A stretch of 64,000 nucleotides of DNA from a virus. Below the pieces are notes generated by a model. That model saw only the letters and a list, made by a program, of their open reading frames with translations. It was not told where the DNA came from and made no database searches. The position numbers were made by a program, and so were the translations under genes. The stretch covers positions 52,689-116,688 of IMG/VR virus record IMGVR_UViG_3300010883_000003. The stretch is one strand, 5' to 3'. Positions 41,057 to 50,361 of this stretch are shown in pieces. Each line of letters opens with the position of its first letter. Position 1 is the first letter of the stretch.

Positions 41057-42034
41057 GTGAGTAAAAAATTATCGTTAAAAAGCGCGCTACTCGGAGAAGT
41101 AGAAGCAAAAAAAATATCTGGCCGAGATTTTAGGAAGTTAATTCTCGAGCAAGTTTCTTTTCTTAAAGAGCAAGACACACCCGGTGTTACTGGGGGTACT
41201 AAATTTACAGAACAGTCAAACTTCAAAGATTTTGACGATGCTATGATAGATGAGCTTTTTGCCCAAATTAAGACTCGAGATATGAGTCAGCCGATATTCG
41301 GAGCAATGTGGGAAGCGGATCCTGATAAGACTGCTGACTGGCTCGCGAGCAAAGGTGAAGACGCAGTACGCGAAAGAATTAAGGCCGTCGCCGCAAAGAT
41401 TCCAGCTACAGGACTGCCTAAGTCTGAAATGCCGTTTCTGCCAGGCCCTCCAGACGCTGCAGGCGAAGTTGCTGACGTTGTAGATGCTCTTTCACCGGGC
41501 GGTAAAATAAACATTGACTTTAAAGAATCTAAAAAATCTAAGTCTAATGATCTTATAACAGAGAGATGGGGAAAAATAGCAGGTATACTTCCACTAAGCG
41601 AGATCGCACCACCAAGTAAAGACTCTCTAGCACCCGGTACTCCTGAAACTGAAGAATACCTCACATCTGGTAACGAAGAAAATGATGGCAAGGCAGATGA
41701 CGATGACGCAAATATCAACCAGCCAGCCCAAGTCGCTGCCGCCGACGCGATTCCAACACAATCGAATATATTAATACCGAAGGCACTAGGAATGGCAGTC
41801 GGAAGTGGGGGAAACCCTCCTGTAGAAGGTGGCGACATGGGCGCTTATTTCTCCACAGACGATGAGATCCTCGACGGTCACCACCGCTGGGCTGCCACGA
41901 TGCTGAACAACCCAGGTGCTTCTATAGGCGGTTTCGCAGCGATTGATTTAAAGGCTATGGGTGGAACCGAGCAGGCTCTAAAACACTTAACAGCACTCGG
42001 TAACGCTCTGGGTAACAAGACTAAAACTTCATAA
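41057..42034 (+). CDS. Putative virion protein with C-terminal ParB/Srx-like domain
   Basis: IPTQS...ILDGHHRWAA; FRKLILEQVSFLKE and LITERWGKIAGI motifs. Confidence 0.6.
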   Translation: MSKKLSLKSALLGEVEAKKISGRDFRKLILEQVSFLKEQDTPGVTGGTKFTEQSNFKDFDDAMIDELFAQIKTRDMSQPIFGAMWEADPDKTADWLASKGEDAVRERIKAVAAKIPATGLPKSEMPFLPGPPDAAGEVADVVDALSPGGKINIDFKESKKSKSNDLITERWGKIAGILPLSEIAPPSKDSLAPGTPETEEYLTSGNEENDGKADDDDANINQPAQVAAADAIPTQSNILIPKALGMAVGSGGNPPVEGGDMGAYFSTDDEILDGHHRWAATMLNNPGASIGGFAAIDLKAMGGTEQALKHLTALGNALGNKTKTS

Positions 42035-42079
42035 GATAAAACTGCTTTTACCTTATACTTTTCACGCGTAGAATACTAT

Positions 42080-42544
42080 ATGAATAAAGTACTTACTAGT
42101 TTGCTCTGTGCGTGGATTTGTTGTTGGCTTGTGGTGGCTCCTACCATTTCTTACGCTCAAGAAGCAGCACCTGAGCCTACACCGATCAAAGTTAACGATC
42201 CGGCACCATTTAGCGGAGTACTAATACCTACTATTCAAGCTGCAGATATGGTCGCTAGACTAGAGCAACAAGGGCAGGTGTGCCAAGGTAGGGTAGACAC
42301 AGAGGTTGCTGCAGCTGTAAACGTTATAGATCTTCGTTTAAACAACTGTATTTCTTCAAAGGCAGTTATGGAAGAGATGTATACGTCACAACTAGTTGCT
42401 AATCGTGATTATATAGATTTTTTAGAAAAAAAAGCGATGGGTCCTAGAATACCACAGGAGTGGGTATTTATAATCGGGATAGTAGCTGGTGCGGGTATAG
42501 CGATTGGCGCTGGATATGCAATGCATGAAGCGGCTTCTCATTAG
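42080..42544 (+). CDS. Signal peptide, coiled coil and C-terminal TM protein (spanin-like)
   Basis: Signal peptide ending SYA; APFSGVL; C-terminal WVFIIGIVAGAGIAIG. Confidence 0.45.
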   Translation: MNKVLTSLLCAWICCWLVVAPTISYAQEAAPEPTPIKVNDPAPFSGVLIPTIQAADMVARLEQQGQVCQGRVDTEVAAAVNVIDLRLNNCISSKAVMEEMYTSQLVANRDYIDFLEKKAMGPRIPQEWVFIIGIVAGAGIAIGAGYAMHEAASH

Positions 42545-42589
42545 CAAACTAACTACTAACTCCATACTTAATATGTGAGGTGTTTTATT

Positions 42590-43597
42590 ATGTCTAGAAA
42601 CTTTAAGAAATTCCAACGAGAGATCGATTCGCTGTTATTCGAAGACTCGTACGTCACTCATGGTACAATAGATAATCTAAGGGCTGGTAACATAGATATA
42701 TCACTAGATGATGAAGATCCTGATATAGATTTGCCCATAGAACCGGGTCCTCAAGCTGCATCACAATTATCACATGATGTTCCTCCCGTAGAAGATCCTG
42801 AATACATACCAGCTAACAGCAAAGAGTTATCTAAGGCGCTAGCTGCGCTAGCCGTAGATATACCAGACAAAACAAGCATAGTTCAAAAAACATACGAAAA
42901 ATTTAAAAAGTTTGTGGACGATTCCCAAGAGGAGAGTATTGACGTGGACAACCAAGAATCAAAAGTAGAAGAAGCAAGAAAGCTTATTAAGAATCAACTG
43001 TTAATAAACATCATGAAAGAGCAGATGCAAGACCGTGATGCATACGGTAACCGTTATGACGACGAAGATCCGCTTGGAGATCTAGACGGTCCATCACCGG
43101 AAGAGCTTGAAGCAATGGAAACTCCATCGCCGAAAAAAGCAGAGCCTACAAAAGATGAGTCTACACTGGCTGATTTAGCGAAAGACATGGGGCTAAGCAC
43201 GTCAGGTGTTAAGAGACTAGAGGCTGAAGCTGTCAAAAAAATGAGGCTGTTTGCAGTACACTTTCCAGATGATGCTGACGGCGTAAAAGAATTAGCAATG
43301 AGATATTACGCTAAAGGACTCTACGAGCTGGAGCTAATAGACGCTGAAGAGGCCGCTGACCTAATGTCTGCTACACATGCATATGAGCTTCATTCGTTTA
43401 GGCAGTTCATGTGGGATAGCTTCCTAAACAACGTGTATAAAAAGATGTTGCGTGATGCCGACGCTCAAGGCATATCTGAAGATAATCTTGCTGACTTACA
43501 ACCCGGCCTTCTTGATAGGGCAACAAGTTACTTCAATGGATTACCTGATACGAAGAAAATGAAAGTATTAGTTTCTTCGCTCGGAGCCGCGGAATAG
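42590..43597 (+). CDS. Acidic protein with sigma70 region-4-like HTH
   Basis: STLADLAKDMGLSTSGVKRLEAEAVKKMR; ATACTTA upstream. Confidence 0.6.
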   Translation: MSRNFKKFQREIDSLLFEDSYVTHGTIDNLRAGNIDISLDDEDPDIDLPIEPGPQAASQLSHDVPPVEDPEYIPANSKELSKALAALAVDIPDKTSIVQKTYEKFKKFVDDSQEESIDVDNQESKVEEARKLIKNQLLINIMKEQMQDRDAYGNRYDDEDPLGDLDGPSPEELEAMETPSPKKAEPTKDESTLADLAKDMGLSTSGVKRLEAEAVKKMRLFAVHFPDDADGVKELAMRYYAKGLYELELIDAEEAADLMSATHAYELHSFRQFMWDSFLNNVYKKMLRDADAQGISEDNLADLQPGLLDRATSYFNGLPDTKKMKVLVSSLGAAE

Positions 43598-43600
43598 AAA

Positions 43601-43999
43601 ATGAAAGTAAGCACTTTGATGAAAGACTACCTGGATAAGGGATTGCTCAAGGAACAAACTGTTTCTCGTGGTTTCCTACCTAAGTCTTTCGTCACCCAAA
43701 GCGACTTGCCTCTTCAACCGGTTGAAAATAAATGGGTATATGTTACTGATCCCGAAAGACTTTTAAGATCTTACAAATTCGATAATAGCCGGCAGAGGTC
43801 TTTGTTCATAGAAGAGTTGATGAACGCAGAAGAGCAACACGGTCATAACGCAAAGATAACGATCACAGCGAACGAAGTTCTAGTAGAGGTATGGACCCAT
43901 AGTATAAATACGGTAACGGAGCTTGATCAAGAGTACGCCTCAGTCTGTGACGAGTTGTATAACGATGTATCACTGATAGGTTTTGATTATGAATATTAA
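43601..43999 (+). CDS. Pterin-4-alpha-carbinolamine dehydratase-like protein
   Basis: RSYKF...EEQHGHNAKI...VWTHSINTVTELD. Confidence 0.75.
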   Translation: MKVSTLMKDYLDKGLLKEQTVSRGFLPKSFVTQSDLPLQPVENKWVYVTDPERLLRSYKFDNSRQRSLFIEELMNAEEQHGHNAKITITANEVLVEVWTHSINTVTELDQEYASVCDELYNDVSLIGFDYEY

Positions 44000-44459
44000 C
44001 GATGATGAAACAAGCGGTAACATAAAAGTTATAAATAAAGAGTATGACCGCGTACTCTCAAACCCAGAAAATGTCATAATGTCAGACGCATTACAAGACT
44101 TAATTGATTTGCCTATGCCACCTCACGATACCGTAGACACGGTCGACTCTTTGAGCGCCGAACAATTTATGGTAACTGTGTTGGACACATCTGGTATACC
44201 ATTCACTGTAAGAGGTGACCTTATAAAAATATCATCAAGTAATAGTAATTACGATATTGTTATAGAGACAGCAAACGTAAGAAAAGAGTTTCTGACATGT
44301 CTTGAAAAGTCTACTGTTACCAACTCTCTAACACTGCTTCTGTCTGGGATGTACGAGACAGAAGTGCAAACTACTAGTCTTACATGGTCTTTAAACAGGT
44401 CTATGCCGTATAGCTACCATCTTAGTATTAGTTTCAGGAGCGAAGATGCCATCTTTTGA
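43989..44459 (+). CDS. Hypothetical protein
   Basis: Coupled ORF. Confidence 0.6.
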   Translation: MNINDDETSGNIKVINKEYDRVLSNPENVIMSDALQDLIDLPMPPHDTVDTVDSLSAEQFMVTVLDTSGIPFTVRGDLIKISSSNSNYDIVIETANVRKEFLTCLEKSTVTNSLTLLLSGMYETEVQTTSLTWSLNRSMPYSYHLSISFRSEDAIF

Positions 44460-44613
44460 TAAATTCATAAAAGACCTTGAAAAAAGGCAAAAAGAAAAAA
44501 TAGCCAGAAACCAGATTAAGCAACAGGATATTCCTTGCTCTACCAGACAAAGGGTTCATTTTTACGCCGAAAAATGGCAGAACTCTATAAAATATTCTGG
44601 AGAAAAGAAATGA
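44446..44613 (+). CDS. Small basic protein (55 aa, below the ORF-track cutoff)
   Basis: AGGAG RBS; MPSFDKFIKDLEKRQ...; fills the gap and overlaps the next ATG (ATGA). Confidence 0.55.
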   Translation: MPSFDKFIKDLEKRQKEKIARNQIKQQDIPCSTRQRVHFYAEKWQNSIKYSGEKK

Positions 44614-45473
44614 AAAAAATAGACCTAGAGCTTATCTCGCAACGTATCGCTAGTCAAATACTCTCTGAAGAGTTTTCTACAGAAAAAGATAGACAGCAAA
44701 TGGTATCGAAACAAATCGCCAGTTCCGGTCTCGAAGCCCCGCAAAAAGATGAAGAAGATAAAGAGAAACTCACAGATGAAGGTGAGGATGAAGAGGAAGA
44801 AGATGTTGAGATAGAGCCAAAAGCCAAGCCAGATGATACTGAAGACAAAGATTCTGGTGATGATTTTGAAGTTGAAGCTGTAGAAAAAGTTCCTGAAAAT
44901 ATAAGTTTCGATGAAATTAAGAAGCAGATCAATAATTTAAGGGCTGGTAAGAGTCTAAAAGATGAAGCGATATCTTCACAGCTTGAAGACTACTACGATA
45001 AACTAGGGATGGCTGAAGAACGATCATTATACGTCTTCTTGAGTTCTTTAGGTGCTATTCTTACTGGCGGTACGCTAGGCGAAGAAGCCCCAAGACCAGA
45101 AGGTATGGGTGTTGACATAAGCATAAGAAAGAAGAAAGAAAAAACAAAAGATAATATGTCTGGTATCCGTGGTGTAGATAAAGATGGCGCTCAAGCTCCA
45201 ATAGTCGTTGGCGAATCAGCAGACACCATAAGCTACAAACTACGCTTACTAGAGAGCATAACTAGCGATGATAAGCACCGGTGCTTAAACGGCAAATTAA
45301 CAAACTTTGGATCCGAAAAATGTGTCTCCGACATTACATCGCGAATAGAAGATGCAGTATTTAATAGAGACAAATGCTCTCAAGGATCGGCTGATAGATC
45401 AAGCTTGAATGGCACCTTGAAATATCTTAGGCAAAAACTTCGCCGTGCGAATAAGATATCGGCCATTAAGTAA
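44610..45473 (+). CDS. Acidic putative virion protein
   Basis: MKKIDLELISQRIASQILSEE, D/E tract. Confidence 0.65.
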   Translation: MKKIDLELISQRIASQILSEEFSTEKDRQQMVSKQIASSGLEAPQKDEEDKEKLTDEGEDEEEEDVEIEPKAKPDDTEDKDSGDDFEVEAVEKVPENISFDEIKKQINNLRAGKSLKDEAISSQLEDYYDKLGMAEERSLYVFLSSLGAILTGGTLGEEAPRPEGMGVDISIRKKKEKTKDNMSGIRGVDKDGAQAPIVVGESADTISYKLRLLESITSDDKHRCLNGKLTNFGSEKCVSDITSRIEDAVFNRDKCSQGSADRSSLNGTLKYLRQKLRRANKISAIK

Positions 45474-45484
45474 GAGAGTGATGT

Positions 45485-46294
45485 ATGTTCAGTCAAAAAT
45501 GCCCTACGCTACAATCGTTACCCGCACATGAGCTTCTGGCTGTATCTGAATATTTATGTTACAACTCGCCTAACGCAGCTCCGATTTACGAATGTATAAA
45601 AGTCTTCATGAAGCTCACGCCAGATGGAGATTTTACGTATGCTAGGCACCCGGATGACCTCGGATTAGGAAAAATAACTGCACCCATTATAGTTGGTAGG
45701 TTTCGCAATAAAGATAGGTCTGAAGTAGTTCTAGAGGCCCTACAAGCTGTTGAGGAAGCTCTATTGGAGTCCTGGCCTTTCCAGCCAGGTTCAGCTAGCT
45801 GGTTACAACTCGAAATATTAGATCCTATGATTAGATTTAGCGGTCCGATTAATAAGTCTACAGTTGTTTTTCGTAGAGCTGTAAGACTCAATAGACTAAA
45901 CAAAAAGCTATCAATCTCTTCAACACCTCTTATAGAGAATATCTTTTCTAGGCTTGAACATGATCTCCCGAGTCATATCGGAAAGTTTAGCACTTCATTC
46001 TCACCGCTAATCAAGCTAAAGAACATTGCTGGTTCCGGCGTAATATCTGAAGGAAGAATGAATATAGAGGATGGCTTAAAAAATGACTACGAAGTTGCCG
46101 AAGATATTACTACAGAAATATTATCTGTGAACTTTAGCCACGATACATCAATAAACCCTGGGATGTATATATCTTTCGAAGGAAAAGAATATAAGATTGT
46201 TAGTAATAGATATGGACGCAGCACAGAGGGTAAAGAGGTAACAACAGGTAAAATTGCGTTGCCTCCTTTACCAATTGCTGGAGTGCTGAAGTGA
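45485..46294 (+). CDS. Hypothetical protein
   Basis: 269 aa ORF. Confidence 0.65.
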   Translation: MFSQKCPTLQSLPAHELLAVSEYLCYNSPNAAPIYECIKVFMKLTPDGDFTYARHPDDLGLGKITAPIIVGRFRNKDRSEVVLEALQAVEEALLESWPFQPGSASWLQLEILDPMIRFSGPINKSTVVFRRAVRLNRLNKKLSISSTPLIENIFSRLEHDLPSHIGKFSTSFSPLIKLKNIAGSGVISEGRMNIEDGLKNDYEVAEDITTEILSVNFSHDTSINPGMYISFEGKEYKIVSNRYGRSTEGKEVTTGKIALPPLPIAGVLK

Positions 46295-46521
46295 ACGTAG
46301 ATGAGATAATTAATGCTGCTATAGATTTAGGGACTAAATGTGACATTGAGTCATGGATAGACTTAAAGAAGATCGTTTTAATCAGCATACCGTCAAAAGA
46401 TCGGTCTTTATTTTCTACAAGGGATCCAAAAACAAAAGAACAAAGTCTGAATCAGCTAGAGCATGCCATCATTAGCAGCTATGAAGAAAGAACAGGGATT
46501 AAACTTAGGATATCAGAATGA
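46291..46521 (+). CDS. Hypothetical protein
   Basis: Coupled ORF. Confidence 0.6.
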   Translation: MNVDEIINAAIDLGTKCDIESWIDLKKIVLISIPSKDRSLFSTRDPKTKEQSLNQLEHAIISSYEERTGIKLRISE

Positions 46522-47744
46522 ATAGAGATAACGAAAATTTTATTAGAGAAGAAGTCAAGAAAATTCTTAGTGAAGAAAAAAAGATCCTAAACGAGCTGTC
46601 ATGGGGTGATGATGATTCTTCTTATGGCGGTGGTCCAGAGCTTCAGGTATTTAACACGATATTTCAACCGTTTGTAGATGTTTTTAACGTCGCAACTGTT
46701 GCGTTACAAGATATAGCTTCTATAACAATGGATGTCACCAAATATGCTTTTACATTCGACGATGAAAAGCGTAAAAATATAAAAGAGCGGTATAGACAAC
46801 GTAGAAAAAAATACAAAGAGAAGATGGGTAAAGCTTTTAAATCCACAGAAGATATTTTTAATAACGAAGATGTCCAGATGCTTGCACTACTCGCAAACCC
46901 TGGAGCTGTTTTTACAAAAAAAGCGGCGGAGATGGTATGGTCCGGTTCTGAGCCAATAAGAGACCAGGTAGAAGAACAGTTTGGTGGAATGTTAGGCATC
47001 GGCGACCGCGACATCGCGTCAACGACTGATAGAGATAAATCTCCAGCACTATTTGCCGATCTAAAAAGAGCTTTCTTTGGTGAGGGCCTTGATGAGATTG
47101 ATGATATAGAGTTTATATTACTAGAGCAAGAAAAAGAAGCTGATGCCGGACCTGCACCATCCACTGCGGAAATACAAGAAGAAATTAATGACTTCCTGGT
47201 AAGGAGTGGCAAGCAGGAAGAGTTTAGTGCCATGTGGAATGAAATCATCAGTGATAAAAAAGCTGAGATTGAAAATATTCTAAAAGAAAAAGGCGAGCAA
47301 ACTACACTTCTTGGCGAGCTATCCGTATCTGAATCTGTCCAGAGTGCTGAGAAAATAATAGCTTCACTCAAAGCTGTAGACGTTGACTTGTCTGAAGTAT
47401 TCGGAAAAGTAATAAAAGAAATTGAGTCACAAGTTGCCATGATAAAAGACGGCGGCCCAGAAGCTGAAAAAATTATGAAAAGTCTTAAGAAACACCCAGA
47501 TGCTGCATCAATCGCAGAAGACGCTCCAGTAGAACAGTATTATCCTCTCATCGAAAGAGGTCTTTTAGCAACTGCATTCGGAGAAGCAGTCAATGACGCA
47601 AAGACAGCGGGCGTTGGCGAGCTATTGGGACTAGTTGCAGAAGTAAGTAAAGATGATCTTGCTCAAATTGCCGCGCAAGGTCCAGAGGGGAAAGAGTACT
47701 CTGATCTAATATTCTCTTTTCGTGATGAGCTACTAAGCATTTAA
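46518..47744 (+). CDS. Acidic helical putative virion protein
   Basis: FIREEVKKILSEEKKILNE; internal ILLEQE. Confidence 0.65.
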   Translation: MNRDNENFIREEVKKILSEEKKILNELSWGDDDSSYGGGPELQVFNTIFQPFVDVFNVATVALQDIASITMDVTKYAFTFDDEKRKNIKERYRQRRKKYKEKMGKAFKSTEDIFNNEDVQMLALLANPGAVFTKKAAEMVWSGSEPIRDQVEEQFGGMLGIGDRDIASTTDRDKSPALFADLKRAFFGEGLDEIDDIEFILLEQEKEADAGPAPSTAEIQEEINDFLVRSGKQEEFSAMWNEIISDKKAEIENILKEKGEQTTLLGELSVSESVQSAEKIIASLKAVDVDLSEVFGKVIKEIESQVAMIKDGGPEAEKIMKSLKKHPDAASIAEDAPVEQYYPLIERGLLATAFGEAVNDAKTAGVGELLGLVAEVSKDDLAQIAAQGPEGKEYSDLIFSFRDELLSI

Positions 47745-47802
47745 ATGGCTTTTATTTCTGTCAGTATGTCCATATAATCATGACATACATAGGAGCTCTT
47801 AA

Positions 47803-48159
47803 ATGAACATAAACAACAAGCAGTGGATACCAGAGATATATTACGAAGAAGACTCTGATGGCCAAACTTCTCACATCCCCTTTATATCTGTACCAATCGG
47901 TGAAAAAATGCCAAATATCCTCTTTATGTTCGGCTCTATAGAGACGGGCGAAGAAGAAATAGGCCCTGCTGGTGAACCTTTACCAATCGTTGATCTAGAT
48001 CTACACCAGTATGCGAATATGAACACTCTCAGAGATAACCTCACTATAGAGATGTATGACTGTGTTCGTACATGTCTAGGCCTAGAGTCGCTAGCGGAAG
48101 CTACCATAAAAGGTAAGAAGCTGACAGACAACATAAGAACGAACATAGAGGGTAGCTAA
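47803..48159 (+). CDS. Hypothetical protein
   Basis: AGGAG RBS, TATAAT upstream. Confidence 0.7.
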   Translation: MNINNKQWIPEIYYEEDSDGQTSHIPFISVPIGEKMPNILFMFGSIETGEEEIGPAGEPLPIVDLDLHQYANMNTLRDNLTIEMYDCVRTCLGLESLAEATIKGKKLTDNIRTNIEGS

Positions 48160-48174
48160 CTTAACCCTACATTC

Positions 48175-48203
48175 GTGTAAATCTAAGACTATTGTGGTAT
48201 AAT
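48175..48203 (+). promoter_or_regulatory. Sigma70-type promoter
   Basis: GTGTAA-17 bp-TATAAT with a TGTG extension. Confidence 0.7.
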
Positions 48204-48232
48204 AAACCTGTTAGTAACAATAGGGAGAGATT

Positions 48233-48901
48233 ATGCACGAGTATCTAGACAGGTCATCTTCGGTAAAAGCTATTAAAAGTATTAAATCATTATTTGGTGA
48301 TCTAGATAGTGTTTATGCAAAATATGGTATTGATATAGGTCGAGATGTAGGCAGGAAAAATATCTTGATCTCTGCTGCGCAGGAGCACTTTTTTGCTGAA
48401 GCCATCGCGAGTGTGGTCGGCGAATGTTCTAATGACGGTCGTACTGGGATGGCAGATATTGTCATCGGCAGTCTTGATGACCGTGAGGTTGAATGTAAGG
48501 TAGTATGTCAAGGTAAAAAAGGCTCATGGTCGCTACAAACTGATAGAGCCACGCTTCAAAGAAAAGGAAGCTGCGATTTTCTTTATCTACTATTTGACAG
48601 AACCCACGATAATGTTGCGCTTCTGTTATTTGATGAATTAACGCCAGCAGACTTCGCAGATCCATCCCCCGGCTCAAGGGGAAAGTCACGCCTTAAGAAA
48701 TCCACCGCATTTAAGAAGTGCACAGCTCTAATCGGCAACTTTACAAACTTACGTGAAGGATGGATTGAGAAGTATTCACATGATGTTGTCAAAGCAAAGA
48801 CAGCATTAGAAAAACAAAAAGCTGAACAAAAGATGAATATGTGGTACAATAAACCTGATTCATACAACATTAAACTGGAGAGTATAAATGGACTTATCTG
48901 A
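48233..48901 (+). CDS. PD-(D/E)XK restriction-endonuclease-fold protein
   Basis: QE...GMADIVI...EVECKV spacing typical of the PD-(D/E)XK active site. Confidence 0.55.
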   Translation: MHEYLDRSSSVKAIKSIKSLFGDLDSVYAKYGIDIGRDVGRKNILISAAQEHFFAEAIASVVGECSNDGRTGMADIVIGSLDDREVECKVVCQGKKGSWSLQTDRATLQRKGSCDFLYLLFDRTHDNVALLLFDELTPADFADPSPGSRGKSRLKKSTAFKKCTALIGNFTNLREGWIEKYSHDVVKAKTALEKQKAEQKMNMWYNKPDSYNIKLESINGLI

Positions 48902-49349
48902 TTTTCCTGTAGGGAGTATAGTATATTTTCTTCATAACAAAACTGAGCGTGTGCTTCCTGCACAGGTGACCGAGAAAATTGTTCGCACTTCGGTGGATGG
49001 GTCTCGTGCGACCTATATCATAGCTGTAAAGTCAAAAGACTCGCTAAAGAATATAGAAATTGATCCAAGAGATGTATCAGTGTTTCAAACTCCGGACGAA
49101 ATGAAGTCTTTTATGGTCTCAAGAGCCACGTCTGCAATATCCAATCTCGTGCAAGCTGCAGTAAAAAGTTCTGAAATATTTCAAAACGTAACAGAACCTT
49201 TAGAAAGTCCAGAAACCACATCTAACGAGTTTAACGAAATCATGGCCGGCCTTGAAGACGCAAATAAGATGGCAAAGCTTTCAGCTGATAGTGGTGGATA
49301 CACAGAGGTAGATCTTGGTGATGGTACAAAAGCAAGACTTAAGGCGTGA
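48888..49349 (+). CDS. Hypothetical protein
   Basis: Coupled ORF. Confidence 0.65.
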   Translation: MDLSDFPVGSIVYFLHNKTERVLPAQVTEKIVRTSVDGSRATYIIAVKSKDSLKNIEIDPRDVSVFQTPDEMKSFMVSRATSAISNLVQAAVKSSEIFQNVTEPLESPETTSNEFNEIMAGLEDANKMAKLSADSGGYTEVDLGDGTKARLKA

Positions 49350-49355
49350 GGAACA

Positions 49356-50198
49356 ATGAAACACTTAATTTTAGACGCAAATAATTTACTCTTTAGAGCT
49401 CGACATGCTTGTTACCGCCGAGACTATGATCATGTAATTGTCCATACATTTTTTAGAACGATCAAGCCAATTATAGAGAAGTTCCAGCCAGACTGTGTGT
49501 ATTTTGTTCTAGATGGGTACCCCAAGAAAAGAATGACTATGCAACCCGATTATAAGGGTACTAGAGAGTATCATGATAAAGACGGCTTTAGAGCGCAGAG
49601 GAGAAAGTCGATTGATATGATCAAGGAAAGTGTTCCTTTTCTGGTTATGAGACATCATGAAATGGAAGCTGATGATGTAATCGCTGACCTTGCAATCCAC
49701 ACGTTACCAAAGGGTGACGAAAAGATTATAGTCTCGAGCGATACAGATTTTATACAGTTATGTCAAATTGAGAATAACGACGTTAAGCTGTATAATCCTA
49801 TAAAGAAAGATTATCGTTTACCTCCTGAGTACCCATACGCTTTATGGAAGGCGCTAAGAGGAGATTCAGCAGATAACATCGGTGGAATTAAAGGTATAGG
49901 TGATAAACGAGCCACAATGCTACTGACTCAACCGAATGCACTAAGCGAGTTTTTTAAGGGAAAACCTGAGGTAAAAGACAAATATCTTCATAACGTAGAA
50001 ATGATTGAGTTACGAAAAATGTCTAACGAAGAGTTTGATCAGGTTGAAATGTCTTGGAGCACGAAAACACTAGATACTTTACGTGATACCTTTACGCAAA
50101 TGAAGCTTAAAAGTATGATTACAGACAAGGCATGGACAAACTATTCAAAGCCATTTGGAGGATTAAAAGATGGAAGAAACTACTTTACCAAACGATAA
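49356..50198 (+). CDS. Second 5'-3' exonuclease (Pol I N-terminal / FEN family)
   Basis: ILDANN, DYKGTR, EADDVIA, SSDTDFIQL, GDSADNIGGIKGIG. Confidence 0.9.
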   Translation: MKHLILDANNLLFRARHACYRRDYDHVIVHTFFRTIKPIIEKFQPDCVYFVLDGYPKKRMTMQPDYKGTREYHDKDGFRAQRRKSIDMIKESVPFLVMRHHEMEADDVIADLAIHTLPKGDEKIIVSSDTDFIQLCQIENNDVKLYNPIKKDYRLPPEYPYALWKALRGDSADNIGGIKGIGDKRATMLLTQPNALSEFFKGKPEVKDKYLHNVEMIELRKMSNEEFDQVEMSWSTKTLDTLRDTFTQMKLKSMITDKAWTNYSKPFGGLKDGRNYFTKR

Positions 50199-50361
50199 AA
50201 TTCAACACCTTCGCGCAACAGGTATATTAAGCGAAAGTGAGATCGCCGCTAAAAGCGGTGACTTGATTATTGCGATCGACGTTGTGACTCATATTAGAAG
50301 AGTTATCACTGTTGAGAACTTAGCAGAGGGCTCTTCTGTGAAGAGGTTGTTGAAAGGATGA
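50170..50361 (+). CDS. Small hypothetical protein
   Basis: GGAGG RBS, coupled to groEL. Confidence 0.6.
   Translation: MEETTLPNDKIQHLRATGILSESEIAAKSGDLIIAIDVVTHIRRVITVENLAEGSSVKRLLKG

Noticed and set aside
46664-47440. 258 aa minus-strand ORF
   Set aside because: Ser-rich antisense shadow of the acidic 46518-47744 gene
50170-50361. GroES upstream of groEL
   Set aside because: Too short and lacks the PLxDRV and GGI mobile-loop motifs
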